The notes under the pieces: generated by a model
What the model was told of the DNA's origin: nothing
What the model saw: only the letters and a program-made list of their open reading frames with translations
Databases searched by the model: none
Source of the DNA: Lytechinus pictus
Lineage: Eukaryota
Length of the DNA: 64,000 nucleotides
Assembly: GCF_037042905.1 (NCBI RefSeq)
Contig: NC_087249.1
Coordinates: forward strand, 9,426,001 to 9,490,000
Direction of reading: 5' to 3'
Translations under genes and position numbers: made by a program
In this document: positions 38,840 to 51,386 of the stretch, one piece after another
Layout: every line of letters starts with the position of its first letter
Numbering within the stretch: the stretch's first letter is position 1

Positions 38840-39162
38840 TTAAAATGCTTTGCATTAAATAGCAAGCCCCTTTATTCCATTTCATATAAAGCCAGAGACT
38901 CTTGTTCACCTCAGTTCCCAATCTTTGTGATAGTTTAACTCTGTATTGTTACTTTGACTGTACTATCCCTGGTGGAAAGGACGCTTTGGCCTGTATTCTG
39001 AAGTCAGGTTTAACTTAGAGCATGGTCTAACTCTGTGCTAAAATTATGGGGAGCCAAAAATTCAAAATATTATATATTTTTTATTATATATTTTAAAATA
39101 GCATATCTTTTTTAAGACATGTATATTTGTACAAAATATTACAACTTTTTATACATGTTGAT

Positions 39163-39370
39163 CATTGGCAGATCTAGGGACCCCCCCCCCTTTCAGATCC
39201 ATAGTCAATATTTTTAATGTAAATAAGGCGTTCATAAACAAGTGTGCCCCCCTTTCAGAGTCACAGCAAATATATTAAATGGGAATTTGTTGTTCATACA
39301 GTTGAGGACCCTTTTTTTTTCTTGTAGGGAAAATAAGCCCCCCCTTTGGAAAATCCTGGATCTGCCCCTG
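39163..39370. mobile_element. hAT-type MITE with 8-bp target duplication
   Basis: ATGTTGAT|CATTGGCAGATCTAGG...CCTGGATCTGCCCCTG|ATGTTGAT. Confidence 0.88.
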
Positions 39371-40505
39371 ATGTTGATTATACAAACAGTGCCTTTAACA
39401 TCTGCAGCAACAACAGATGATTATAAAAGAATTGAGAAGGAATTATAATATTCCTCCGAATGCTGCTGTAATCCTCTTACGGCCATAAGCTTCTTCTATC
39501 CAGCCCTACTTGCTAAATGAAGCATAAGATGGAGGATGAAGATTTTCAAATAATCTTATGAAAGAATCCCCTCCAATGATGGCATCCTCTTCATAAGACG
39601 ACATCTTGGGTATCTAAGCATCATCTCCCGTCTCTTATTAGATTTGATAGAATGCATGTTCTAATCATTTGATTACTGCTTTCCCTGTACCTCTGAACGT
39701 TGAAGTATGGAGTAAAGATGTACATTCGGATATCATTGGACCAAATGGGCTCTATATATCCCATTTCCTTTATAAGAAAAAAAATATTAAAAAATACACC
39801 TACGCATCATTATGACGGTTTCTATGTGAAAACATACAAGAAATACATGTAGCAAAGACAAAGAAATCTTATGGCTGGTATTTCCTACAAGTAGGAAATA
39901 CTAACACTATCCAGTTTCCTTTCGAAAAGTATGGCTCAAAGCAATGCACATATGCACTTACGCATCATTATGAGGGTTTCTCTATCTTAAAACATACAAG
40001 AAAAACAAATAAATCTTCTAACCATTTCATGTCTATCTATATGTAGATAAAAATAAGCCTGATTATGTATTCCTCACAAGGTTCCTTTCAAAAAGTCTGG
40101 TTAAATACAAACGCACGTACGCATCACGATGAAGGTTTCTATATGTGAAAACATACAAGAAAACCAAAGAGTTCTCTTTGACATTACATGTTCTACATCA
40201 GGGGTTCTCAAACTTTTTCCTTGAAGGGCCAGATGGGACTCTAATGAAGCCTGAAAGGGCCAGAGAAAATGAGACCTACACAAAATTGAGGGGGACACAA
40301 CATGTCATAGCGCATGTGGTAAAGTTTCTTAAAAGTCCCGAGAGAGCGAAGTGAGCGAGCAACATTTTTTACCTTTTTAATCTCAAAATCTATATATTAA
40401 AAAAAAAAGTCATATCTTACCCTTTTTCCTATCTGTTTTTTTTTCTTTCTCCTTGATTTTGTGTATGTCTTCACAGTACGCCAGTTTCTTCTATGTGTGC
40501 CACTT

Positions 40506-40656
40506 TCAGTGGGAAACTAGTGACACAATCTGTCAGCAACAAGTTGCTTAAACCTTGATTGCCAGCCGAAGTCAAAGGGTAAAATGTGCAGGGGCTCCAG
40601 TATTTCTTTAAAATGCTCATTGTGGAAAATGCACTTTTGCACCTGTATGTAGACAT
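40506..40656 (-). pseudogene. Frameshifted C-terminal fragment of a hAT transposase
   Basis: STYRCKSAFSTMSILK in one frame, QSRFKQLVADRLCH in another, then S-H-stop; resembles the Charlie/Buster dimerisation-domain end. Confidence 0.7.
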
Positions 40657-41220
40657 GGCCGTATGCAATTTTTTTTCCAGGGGGTCGGGGGGAAGACGCA
40701 TACAAATTTTAAAGCGAGGGCGCGAAGCGACCGATCTTGTCATTGGGGTGTTTTTGTTTATTTCACTTTTTCTAAAGTGAAATAAAATATTTCGTGCACT
40801 CTTTGTGAAGATTTTCAGTAAAATAAATGTTAGTAATACTAATTAGTTCATTATTACGGATCGAAATAATCGCGAGAGGGTATTCATTTGTTTAGCAATC
40901 TACTATGGTCAACAAGGAAATTTGTGATAAGAAAATCTAGATTTCAAACTGCGTACGACCATGTAGTTTAGTTTAGTTTTATTCTTTATTAAAAAATCAC
41001 ACCCGTCAAAACCGACGGCCGGCCTAAGAAGGCCTATGAGTGATGACATCAAAATGTATAACAGTCACAAGAACATATGAAATCATAAGGTATTCACAGA
41101 GTAAACTTAACATTTCAGGAAAAAAAATCCCAATTGTGGGATACCATCCGTGTATTCAAGTTACTTACGATCTCTCATAACAGCAAATAAACAGAAATGA
41201 CTCAGTGAACTCTGTTTTAA

Positions 41221-41804
41221 AGGAGAATGAAACTCTTGGAGCAAGTTAGCTTTTGTGAAAGCAGAAAAATCAAAGAATAAGATCAACAAAACTTTGAGAA
41301 AATAGGACTAGCAATAAAAGAGTTATGAGCATTTGAATGTCGAGATCACTAATGCTATGGAGATCCTCCCATTGGCAATGCGACCAAGATCTGTGATGTC
41401 ACACACGTACAACTCTCCCATTTGGACACTGAAAATATACCCCAAAACATCTCTTTTTGCTCATTCTAATCATATGACAAACGATTCATCAATGATATAA
41501 TGTTGTGAAACCTCTGTACTTGTCATATCATAAAGAGAACACCTCACCTTGTGATATAGACTCTATAAAAGTGAGAATATAAGTGAAATAAGTACTAAAG
41601 TAATGAGGGAGTTGTACGTGTGTGACATCACAGATCTTGGTCGCATTGCCGTTGGGAGGATCTACATGGCACTAGTGATCTCAATATTCGAATGCTCATA
41701 ACTTTCTTATTATTCATTCAATCTTCCTCAAACTTTCAACAATACGTTTCTTTGATTTTTCTCTTTGATATGGATTCAGCTGGTTTCAAGGGTTTCATTC
41801 TCCT
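41221..41804. mobile_element. Kolobok-like MITE nested inside the hAT element
   Basis: ttaa|AGGAGAATGAAAC...GTTTCATTCTCCT|ttaa; about 200-bp imperfect inverted arms. Confidence 0.9.
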
Positions 41805-42795
41805 TTAAAGTAAAATTTATTTGACTGTCATTACTTTTATAATGGTTGCATGGACACACAATGTAATCATATTGAGACATAATATTGTGACATTAACGAT
41901 ATATGTGATTGATTATTCATTTTTTTAAAAGCAGAGTCTCACGGGCCGGATTGAGAAGCTCAGCGGGCCGGATCCGGCCCGCGGGCCGTAGTTTGAGAAC
42001 CCCTGTTCTACATGTAGATGAAAATAAGCCTGATTTAGAATATTATGTATTTCTATAAAGGTTACTTTCAGAAAGTAATGTTAAAAGAAACACCCAATCA
42101 CCTACGCATCATTATGACGGTTTCTATGTGAAAACATACAAGAAATATAAAGACAAAGAAATCCTCTGGCTAAAATTTCCTACATGTAGGATGTACTAAC
42201 TCTATCCACTTTCCTTTCAAAAAGTAATGTTAAAAGAAATACATGAAAACCTTCATCCTACGCATCATTATGAGGGTTTCTATGTGAAAAAATACAAGAA
42301 AAACAAAGAGTTCTCCTTGCCCTTTTATGTCCTAGATGTAGATAAAAATAAGCCTGATTAGGTTCCTAACAAGGTTGCTTAAAAAACCATTCACCTACGC
42401 ATCATTACGACAATTACTATGTGAAAACATACAAGAAATCGTAAAAACAAACAAAAAATATTTGTTTTGTTCTGTTGATATTTCCTTGGAAGGTTCCAAT
42501 GTGGTTAGAAATCGACAACAGGCGTTCAAAAATAATTTAGATCGGCTGCGACCAGTCAAAATCTTGATTTATATGTAGATTAAAGAAAAGTGTAATTTTT
42601 TCAAATGTAGATTAATTAATTTGAATTTAAATATTCAAAATTAAATCTACATTTAATTGGTCATTATAAACAGCTAATAATCTTGATTCATTTGAAATCC
42701 ATGAAAATTAAAGTGTATGCATTGAGACCATTCTAATAGTATAAAGTGAAAAGAGTAGTCTTTATCCATGCTGCATACTTCTTTCTGACTCTTAA

Positions 42796-43376
42796 AGGGA
42801 TGGTCCGGGATGAAAATATTTACATCTTAATACATAGAGTAGAATTCACTGAGCAAAATGACAAAAATTTCATCAAAATCGGATAACAAATGATAAAATT
42901 ATTAAAGTTTAAAATTTAGCAGTATTTTGTGAAAACAGTTGTCATGAATATTCATTAGGTGGGCTGATAATGTCACATCTCCACTTTCCGTTTTCTTATG
43001 TTATTACATAAAATCATATTTTTTTCATTATTTCATACTTGTGTGAATAATTTGTCTCCTTATAATGAAATAAATTGCAGCAATAAATATCTAATGCACT
43101 AAATCAGTTATCAATCCACTTTTTCTAGTTCTTGGAGGAAAAAAATTGAATTGACTTAATTTCACATAATAAAATACAAAAGAACAACTGGACATGTGAC
43201 ATCATCAGCCCACCTAATGAATATTCATGACGACTGTTTTCACAAAATATTGCTAAACTTTAAAATTCAATCACTTTGTTATTTGTTATCCGATTTTGAT
43301 GAAATTTTTGGTGTTTTGCTCAGTGAATTCTACTCTATTTATTAAGCTATACATACTTTCAGCCCAGACCATCCCT
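42796..43376. mobile_element. Kolobok-like palindromic MITE
   Basis: ttaa|AGGGATGGTCCGGG...CCCAGACCATCCCT|ttaa; about 190-bp inverted arms. Confidence 0.9.
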
Positions 43377-43380
43377 TTAA

Positions 43381-43784
43381 GGTCACCGCACACCTTACGA
43401 TTGGTCAGCGACCCAATATGGAATAAAACGTTGCCGAATTTGAAGCTTATATTGAGACATATCTTAATGAGTAATGTTCTAAATCATTGTACGAATAGGC
43501 CTACCTAGATATGTTAAGAATCTGTGACTTTGCTACCACCCTTATTTAAATAAAAGCAAATTTAATATCTACAGTAGTCATAATGTCATAGCAATCATAC
43601 AGTTGGCTACGATCTGAAACCAATTTGGCCTTTACTAAAAAATAAAGGCTTGCAATCATCCAAATTTGTATTAACATTCTGTCAGCTAATTTGAACCTCA
43701 AATAAAAAGAGGCTTTTCATTCACATTTCAGAAAGTTTGTTCCAAAATCAGATTATGAACCAGTGATAAGGAGTGCGGTGGCAT
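43381..43784. mobile_element. TIR element abutting the previous MITE
   Basis: GGTCACCGCACACCTTA...TAAGGAGTGCGGTGGC. Confidence 0.7.
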
Positions 43785-43789
43785 TTAAA

Positions 43790-44592
43790 ACATGGTGTTG
43801 ATTGGTGTATATACAGAGGAGCACACCAGTCATTTTACTCCAGTGTTAATTATTTTGTGCTTAATAGTCCAACACCTCCGGGTAGTATTTCAACACTACT
43901 TTTACACTTTTGTGTTATGTTCAGTCTCTAGAGTGTAATTCTTAACACCTCAAAGTGTTTGTGCTTGATAGTCCAACATCTACAGGTGATATTTCAACAC
44001 TACTTTACACTTTTGTATTATGTTCAGTCTCTAGAGTGTTATTTTAACACCTCCAGGTGTATCCTCTAGGTACATCATATGGTGGCAATCGTAACTAACA
44101 CCCTACTTTTATAGCATATGATACCACATAAAAAAAGAACGTTTTCATACCTCATGTAGAGTACACAGGACCAACAAATGGTTACATAATACCTGAAAAT
44201 AAGGTACTTAAACGTTCTTTGGTGCTATGTTCAATCTCTAGGGTGTTATTTTAACACCTCAGGGTATGGTACTATAGGAACGTAATACATGTATGGTGTC
44301 AATTGGAACACCATATGATACCATATAGTCTTTTCATATATATTTAGATTAGTCTGACCCACTTCTGTTTAAAAGGCATTTCAATGATCTAGTTTTGTGC
44401 TCATCATCATTCCTGATAAAACTTTCCTCTATTTTTTTTTGCTATATATGTGAAATAGAGAGCATAAGAAATTATGTACTTTTGCATTCTTTAGTGCTAA
44501 GCTCAGTCTCAAGGCTGTAATTTAACACCTCAGGGTGTGGTGTTCTAGGGGCATCATATGGTGTCAATCGTAACACCATAGTTTTTAGAGTG
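43790..44592. repeat. AACACC-rich EnSpm-like fragments including a tandem duplication of about 104 bp
   Basis: TCAGTCTCTAGAGTGTnATTnTTAACACCTC-like motif at about 43921, 44024, 44230 and 44503; units start at 43856 and 43960. Confidence 0.6.
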
Positions 44593-45390
44593 CATGCATA
44601 TTTATCAATCTTTATTGTTAATTTTAATCCTTATTTCAAGCCTACAATGATACTTTTCTTTAAAATTTTGAAAAACATACAAAAAATTCATTGTTCTTAG
44701 TTCTTAAAAATGTCAAAAATCCTAAATCTAGGGGAAAAAACCCTATTTAGTGCCACTTTCCCCTTAAAAATCCTATAAAAGCAGGGCAAAGTCCTACTAA
44801 TTGGCAGCACTGTGTATGATACCACATACATACATGTGTTAATGTTTCAGTTTACCATGAAATCGGTCTTCATTCAATTCAATCACCACCAGTAATGCTA
44901 TCATGATCATTATCATCTTCTTGACCTTCATTTTCACCATTTCCAGGTGCATCATCCTCATCCTTATAATCGACAAGTCCATTATTCAAATTATGAACAG
45001 ATATTTCCATTCAGATTAATCCTGATTTGTCATTTTTTCAAGCAATGTGCTTAATATGATGACAATCTTTCTCTTGTAAATTGTGAATGTTATAATGATT
45101 TGGTCGTAGGTCATTTCTATTTGAGGTGATATTTTTAGGACTGTTTTTCTTCGATTCATGCCAAAACAGTAATCAATATATTATGTTTGTTATGTTATGA
45201 TAATGTATAGAATACAACTGATATTATTGCAGAAGCAAACAATAAATCAAATCAAAAAAGTGTTTTCATATCTCATGTAGATTACAGTCTGACCCACTTC
45301 TAGTTTTGTGTTGTCATTTCTGATAACTTTTCTCTACTTTTTGATGCTACAGTATAATATGTGAAATAAAGAGCGTAATATGTACTTTGT

Positions 45391-45660
45391 AGAGCATTGT
45401 GGTCTATAGTGGTTCTGATGCACATCAGAAACAGAGGGTCATGGATTCAAATCCCAGTCGTGGCGTAATCTCTATCAGCGAGAAATTTCCCCCAATTGTG
45501 CTGCACTCAACCCAGGTTAGGTGATTGGATCCAGCAAGATTAATTCCTTGAATGCACAGAATGCCTTCAGCAGCTGGAGCTACAGGGCTCCGGGGTAATA
45601 TATAGTGTGCCATTGAATAGGCAACAAGATTATCAGCACCTGATAATATCATTACAATAA
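45391..45660 (+). mobile_element. tRNA-derived SINE (same family as 17393-17662)
   Basis: GTGGTCTATAGTGGTTCTG...GGATTCAAATCCC...TGTGCTGCACTCAACCCAGG...CCGGGGTAATA. Confidence 0.8.
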
Positions 45661-46989
45661 CTTTATGTTGAGTCTTTCAATGTACATGTAATTACTACTT
45701 TACCTTTCTCTGAGTGAACTGAACAATATACAGTATATTAAATTGTCATAGTGAATACTAAAAAATACAAGCCTATAATGCAATCTACAGAAAGGATACT
45801 AGTAATTGGCCATCCAAACAGTTTAATAACGAGCTCTGAATTCATTATCTTTGCTATTACTATTAGAGCAACCTACACATACCACTTGGGAGTTGGGACT
45901 GTGCTTGCCATGTAAAGCAAAGCCAATCTCTTAATACATGTAAGTAATCAAACAGCAATGGAAGGCAAACAGATGGCGCATATGAATTGCATTTTATTTA
46001 GGTTTTGAAGTGCCGTTGTCATTTGTAAAAAGTTAAATGCAAAAAAAAATCATTTTTTACCATATGGCTCAAATGGCCATCTAAAACCAGGAAAAGCATC
46101 CATATAGATTTATTATGTCTGTACAGGGTTTTTGACAATGAACGTCAAAGTACAAATATGAAGTGGAAATATGGGGGAGAGGGGGCAACGAGAGAATTGC
46201 TATAAAAGACTTGTAACCACTCTTTTAAGCTCTTGAGATAAAACGAAAGGGAATGACACCTAGCTGTCGAGATAATCATATTACAAAGAGACGAAAAGTT
46301 GAGTGCCGTGCTGGGAAAGAGATCTGACATTTCAAAGGCAGGAAGGTTGGCCTTTTCTGACAAATGACACTGCTAAAAGAGGTCTGCCATGGTACATGTA
46401 TTTACACACAAGGCCAATGTATTCTTCTCTCTTTAACAGAATAAAAATCACTGCACAGGATATACGTGCATGCTTCAATACTGTTCCCCCACAAGAAACA
46501 TTATTTTGGAATCAATAAAATATAGTTAACATATCTTCAAAGTAGGATTACAATACAATTTTGAAAATTGATGATAATTGATTTTTCTATTAAAAAATAC
46601 ATGTAGGCTCTGATTGAGCAAACATTTCAGCAGGAAAATATCAAAAACATCCTAAACACTGCTCAATTTAAGAAGAATATTTGAACAAGAAAGTGTAAAA
46701 TCTCTTTTCATTCTTATTTTGTTCACTGTTCAGTATGTAATAAATTATCAGTTTTGATTCTTATTTACCATGTTAAATCATAGATGCTTATTAAGCCTCG
46801 TGAAGATAATACCTACAGATTAAGATTCACACATTCATACTTAACAAAACAACTTTCAACAACCTATCGACCTCTAGATTCCGTCATACTGATAGGTTTT
46901 GTGTAGATGGACCACCTGGTTCTAATAGGCAAAGAGTTTATAGTAGGTACATTGTATACTTCTTTGGTCATGAGTGATTTAATCACGAG

Positions 46990-47226
46990 ATAATAATAAT
47001 AATGTTTTATTTACCCAGGGTAGCCACTTCAGTTAGAAAACTGCTCTACCAGCTGGCCCTGTATAACATAATAATGTTATTATTACCCTTCTCCAATCTA
47101 AATGCTGAGCGCCTAGCAAAAAGGCAGAAGATCCCATTTTTATAAGTCTTTGGTATGACTCAGCCGAGGATCGAACCCACGACCTCCCGTTTATGAGGCG
47201 GACGCTCTACCACTGAGCTGCCATGC
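46990..47226 (-). mobile_element. tRNA-derived SINE, second family
   Basis: Minus strand GCTCAGTGGTAGAGCGTCCGCC...GTGGGTTCGATCCTCGGC head; (ATT)n tail. Confidence 0.82.
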
Positions 47227-47271
47227 TGCACATTGCACATTGAATATTGCACATTCTTAAGCAAAAGGTTT

Positions 47272-47568
47272 AATAATAATATTAATATATAATAATAATA
47301 ATACTTTCAATTACATAGTGCTTTAATACTTGCTGTTTTTAAGCGCTTTAAATTGTAATTACGTAGCATTAACCCAGTTATCGGATCCTGCTACATGTAC
47401 ATGCATGCCGCACAGTATATAAACACTTTCTCCACTCCCTGGGGAGCATTCCAACAAGAGTTCCAAGATTCATTTGCTGGGCATACTACAATTACAAAGG
47501 CTTCAGCAACCTACCAGCCCGGGTACCCAAATAACGCCTTGGTAGAAAGTGGTAAAGTGTGGAATTTA
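47272..47568 (-). mobile_element. 5'-truncated SINE
   Basis: CACACTTTACCAC...GGGTACCCGG core and AAAGCGC...(ATT)n tail. Confidence 0.6.
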
Positions 47569-50500
47569 CACAAAATTTTAGGTATTATTTTTTTAATAAA
47601 GTGATTTTATCACAAACCAGATCAAATTACAATATTGAGTAATTCAAGGAGATTTAGGAAATAACTATTACAGGTGATTACAACATTTAAAAAGACTAGA
47701 AAAAAACAGGAAAGAAAAAAAGAAGGTAGAAAATAAGGCTACAATGCATAATTAGTACCAAACAGTACCAATTGACACTTATACATGTACAAAGATCAGA
47801 ATTCATACTGTAAATTCATGTGAAACTAATAACATTTTAAAACAACCTCCCTGTCATAGCCAGTGCATGTACATTTAAGTTTTCAACTGATGATGAATTT
47901 TATTCAAAAAAGCTTCCTTTTCATTTTCCTCTACATTCATATGGCTTGATTACATTGGCTTAAAATTTGTAGTCTAAAAAGTAAAACAAGTTTTTGTACA
48001 GATTCTATACATGTATGAATTTCACCTAATTTTAATCACAGTGCTTAAATAGAGAAAGGGTCCAAAAATGGATTCAGGCTCTTCTCACAGGGCCCTGTTA
48101 CATGTACATGCATATTGTTGCTTGAGTTTGCACCCACTGTTTAATGCAAATTGATTTGAATGTACATGTACTAGTATAATAAAAGACTAAATGCATAGAT
48201 AACCATAAATATACATAAACCATGGTTTCAATCCATAGCTTCAAAATCACATTCAAGGATTCGGCCTTTGAGAACAAATAAATTCACATGGTGTATATCA
48301 CGGGGTGTCCAACGTGATTCCTGTATTCCAACTCAAGTACCCCGGCCCTGGACGTTGTCAAGTATCAGTACTCACAACTCACAATTGGAGTACCTCTTCA
48401 ATGAATAAAGTATGATTAAGTATGAAAAAAGGAGAAACAGTATGAGTATTTGTCATTTTCCAATACCATCTCACATAGTTTTGGACACATTATTGAAAGC
48501 TGGAAGTGTTGTTCTCAATGTTCTGTGATTGTAGTTTTGTTTCAATTTAATTTTGCAGTGCTTATCTTTGGTAGGACTGTTAATAGTTGGATATACTGTA
48601 CAAGAAAAAAATAATGAAATTATTATTTTTTTAATTCATGTTCTTTTATCAAAAATATATACAATGTATAGTCTAATGTACAACTAAATAAAGCTTCATT
48701 TAAACAATTCCTCTTCATAAAAGTAAAAGGCAAAGCTACATTTTGAATAGTGTCAATCATAATTTATATTTATCAAGTCAAAAATTTCTAGGTAAGGGTA
48801 GTACATGTAGATTAAAATGAGCAAGTGCTAACTTCTGAAATTGCATTAATGTAGAATGAGTTTATAAAAAATATGCAAAGACAGGCTTACATGTACATAT
48901 ACTGTGATGGGCATGTCATTCACTTATATATCCCTGCATTATATATAAATATTTTTTGCCCTAATGTACATGCATAGTTTTTTGGGTGATATCAATTATT
49001 ATAACTCATATCTCAAAACTGTACCGATCAGCTTTTCAAGTACATGTATTTGGGGGAGGCCAAAGGACCATTTCATAAAACTTGTTATAATTTTACAATA
49101 GCGGTTAAAAGCTACTGAAATCCTTCAATCTGATTGGCTGATGGTAAATGTGTGATAGAAACTGTGCATTTGTTATTATGAGACCCAGAACTATATGCAT
49201 CCCCCCACTCACACATGACCATCAAGCATTCAGCTCTGGCCGAGTCATTTCTCCAGCAGAACAATGAACACGTATATGTCGGCTGCGAGTAAGTTACGCC
49301 TTATAATCGTGTCACCAAGGTAACACGAAATATGGCTTTGTGAAAGATCTTGATGTGTATATGATTCCATTTAAGATGTCAGAGGGACTATTCCAGCAAG
49401 CCAGGAATAAATGATAAGATGGTTTAACTAAGGTTACACAACATAAAGACTATATAGAACAAATGATAAGATGGTTTACCCAAGATTACACAACAAGAAA
49501 TAAAATTTAACAGATGAATGCTGATATCACGTAACACACTTGAATAATCTTATAGTGCAGACTTTCCTGCTATGCTTTTGCAAATAATGAAAGAAGGTGT
49601 GTTTATGTATCTGCACTGTAAATGACCTTTTTCCATTTTCCATTTTTATAATTTTCTTCTTACCGATTTTTGTACCAACCTTCAATGCAGGACTGCCAAT
49701 TTCTGCATGCAATTGACATTGGCTGCTTGATTCTACTGTGTATCACCTAAGTTTGTATAATATTTCTTCCATTTTTTTTTTGAAAAGTCAAGACATACAG
49801 TACCCCCGAGAGAGATTTTACATTTCAAAAGCAAATGCGAACCAGAAGTGTGGTATAGCATCACCTCAAGTCCTGAACTACCCAAATCTGGCCAGGTTCC
49901 TACCCATTATGCAACATTCTGAACAGTGTAGTCTTGTAATATAAGCCCACTTTAATAATAGCACACTAATTCACTGCTCAATACATTCATACTGCATTAA
50001 TATCATATCATCAAGTAGCTATAGCGTTATTAAAACAAACACCTAATTTCCTCTCAAATTTTTTTTTGTTCCCCGTACAACTAATATCATAGGCATTTCA
50101 TTCTCTGTATTATCAACAGCTTTCTTAATAAAAGAATTGGTATATTTTGAGACTAAAAAGTAGCTATTTATGAGACACAGTCAATGAGAGAACACACATG
50201 TGGTTGGTGGATTTGCCTCCGTTCACCGTAAAATAGATATGGGAATATTAAAGGAGGACGAAGTACAGAAGGCAATAAATGACAAACATTGAATTCTTAA
50301 AAAGAAAGTGAGTATCCCCAACCCACCCCCCCCCTTAAAAAAAGGAGGGAACGGAGAGAGAAGTGGGTGAATGTGTGAGTGGGTGGGTGTCTCTGATTCG
50401 ATCCTCTAAACAAGATTAACCTAAAAAGCATGTGCTGCATTTTGACTTTGGTGAAAGAAAACCCTCTCCCATTATATCTGGCACCTTATCATCAATCCAA

Positions 50501-51386
50501 ATCCCTCCAACGAGAGGGATTGTTTTGCTTTCCGACAGTGATCAAACCGCTCATATTACCAACGTTGTATTCGCTTTCCCGGCACGTCGTGCAGGCGACC
50601 ACCACCGACAAGCTTGACGAGTGAAACCCACTGCCTTTCCTGTCTCATTTGCAAACTAAAAAAGCAGTATTCATATGAGTCTGTCTTTTACCTCCAGGCA
50701 TCTTATTCTTTTTTTCCTCCCTCGATATGCTATACCTCTTTAATTCATTCCCCCATCAGAGTTTTCTACACCACTGCTTTGGTCATTCAGACGTGTGCTG
50801 ATGCGGTCCCACTTCTACATGCTAATATTAACAAAGAATTGCACAAAGTTCTACAGCCTCTATACATGTATCCCCCTTCATATTCATATCTGAACAAATA
50901 CTTTTACATAGTAGATGCACGTCATTTTCTATTTGATATGAAACGTGCTTCAAAAGATCACTGTTACTGTTACAAATTTCATTCTGTTTATATATTCATT
51001 TGCAAATTAAGAATAATTGGAGTGAAAAATATTAAATTGTATGTTCAAGGTTTCCCTTTAAGGCATGAATGACAAAAAGAATTAAATGATCATTTGAAAA
51101 CAATGTTCACTTTCCTAGAGTTTTGTTATGGCATCGTGGATGTTTGATTCTTATACCCGTATGTTTAAAATATAATGTTATCAGAATAAAAACATTTTGA
51201 AAAACATCATAAACTTGCAATCAATATAATATCCTAATCTAAAAAATACAGTATCTGAGTTTATTAATTTTCAGTTGATTTAAAAAGTGGCTTCATAAAA
51301 AATGGTGTATAGATTTGGGTTTCCATACACTTTATGTACAGTAGGTTGAGAAAAAATTAAATACACCGGCAGAATTTAATGAGTAA

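Larger units (their letters stand above)
40199..42005. mobile_element. hAT (Charlie/Buster-type) deletion derivative, 1807 bp
   Basis: TTCTACAT|CAGGGGTTCTCAAACT...AGTTTGAGAACCCCTG|TTCTACAT; subterminal GGGCCG repeats. Confidence 0.93.
39799..42440. repeat. Degenerate tandem array (six units of about 137-170 bp) split by a hAT insertion
   Basis: Core TACGCATCATTATGAnGGTTTCTATGTGAAAACATACAAGAAA at 39801, 39959, 40118, 42103, 42259, 42396. Confidence 0.85.

Noticed and set aside
39799..42440. Repeat-spacer pattern resembling a CRISPR array
   Set aside because: Spacers are about 100-125 bp and homologous to each other, repeats are degenerate, there are no cas genes and the context is a eukaryotic intron.
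50614..51072. 152-aa plus-strand ORF
   Set aside because: Non-ATG start, intron-like composition, no recognisable motif or splice context.
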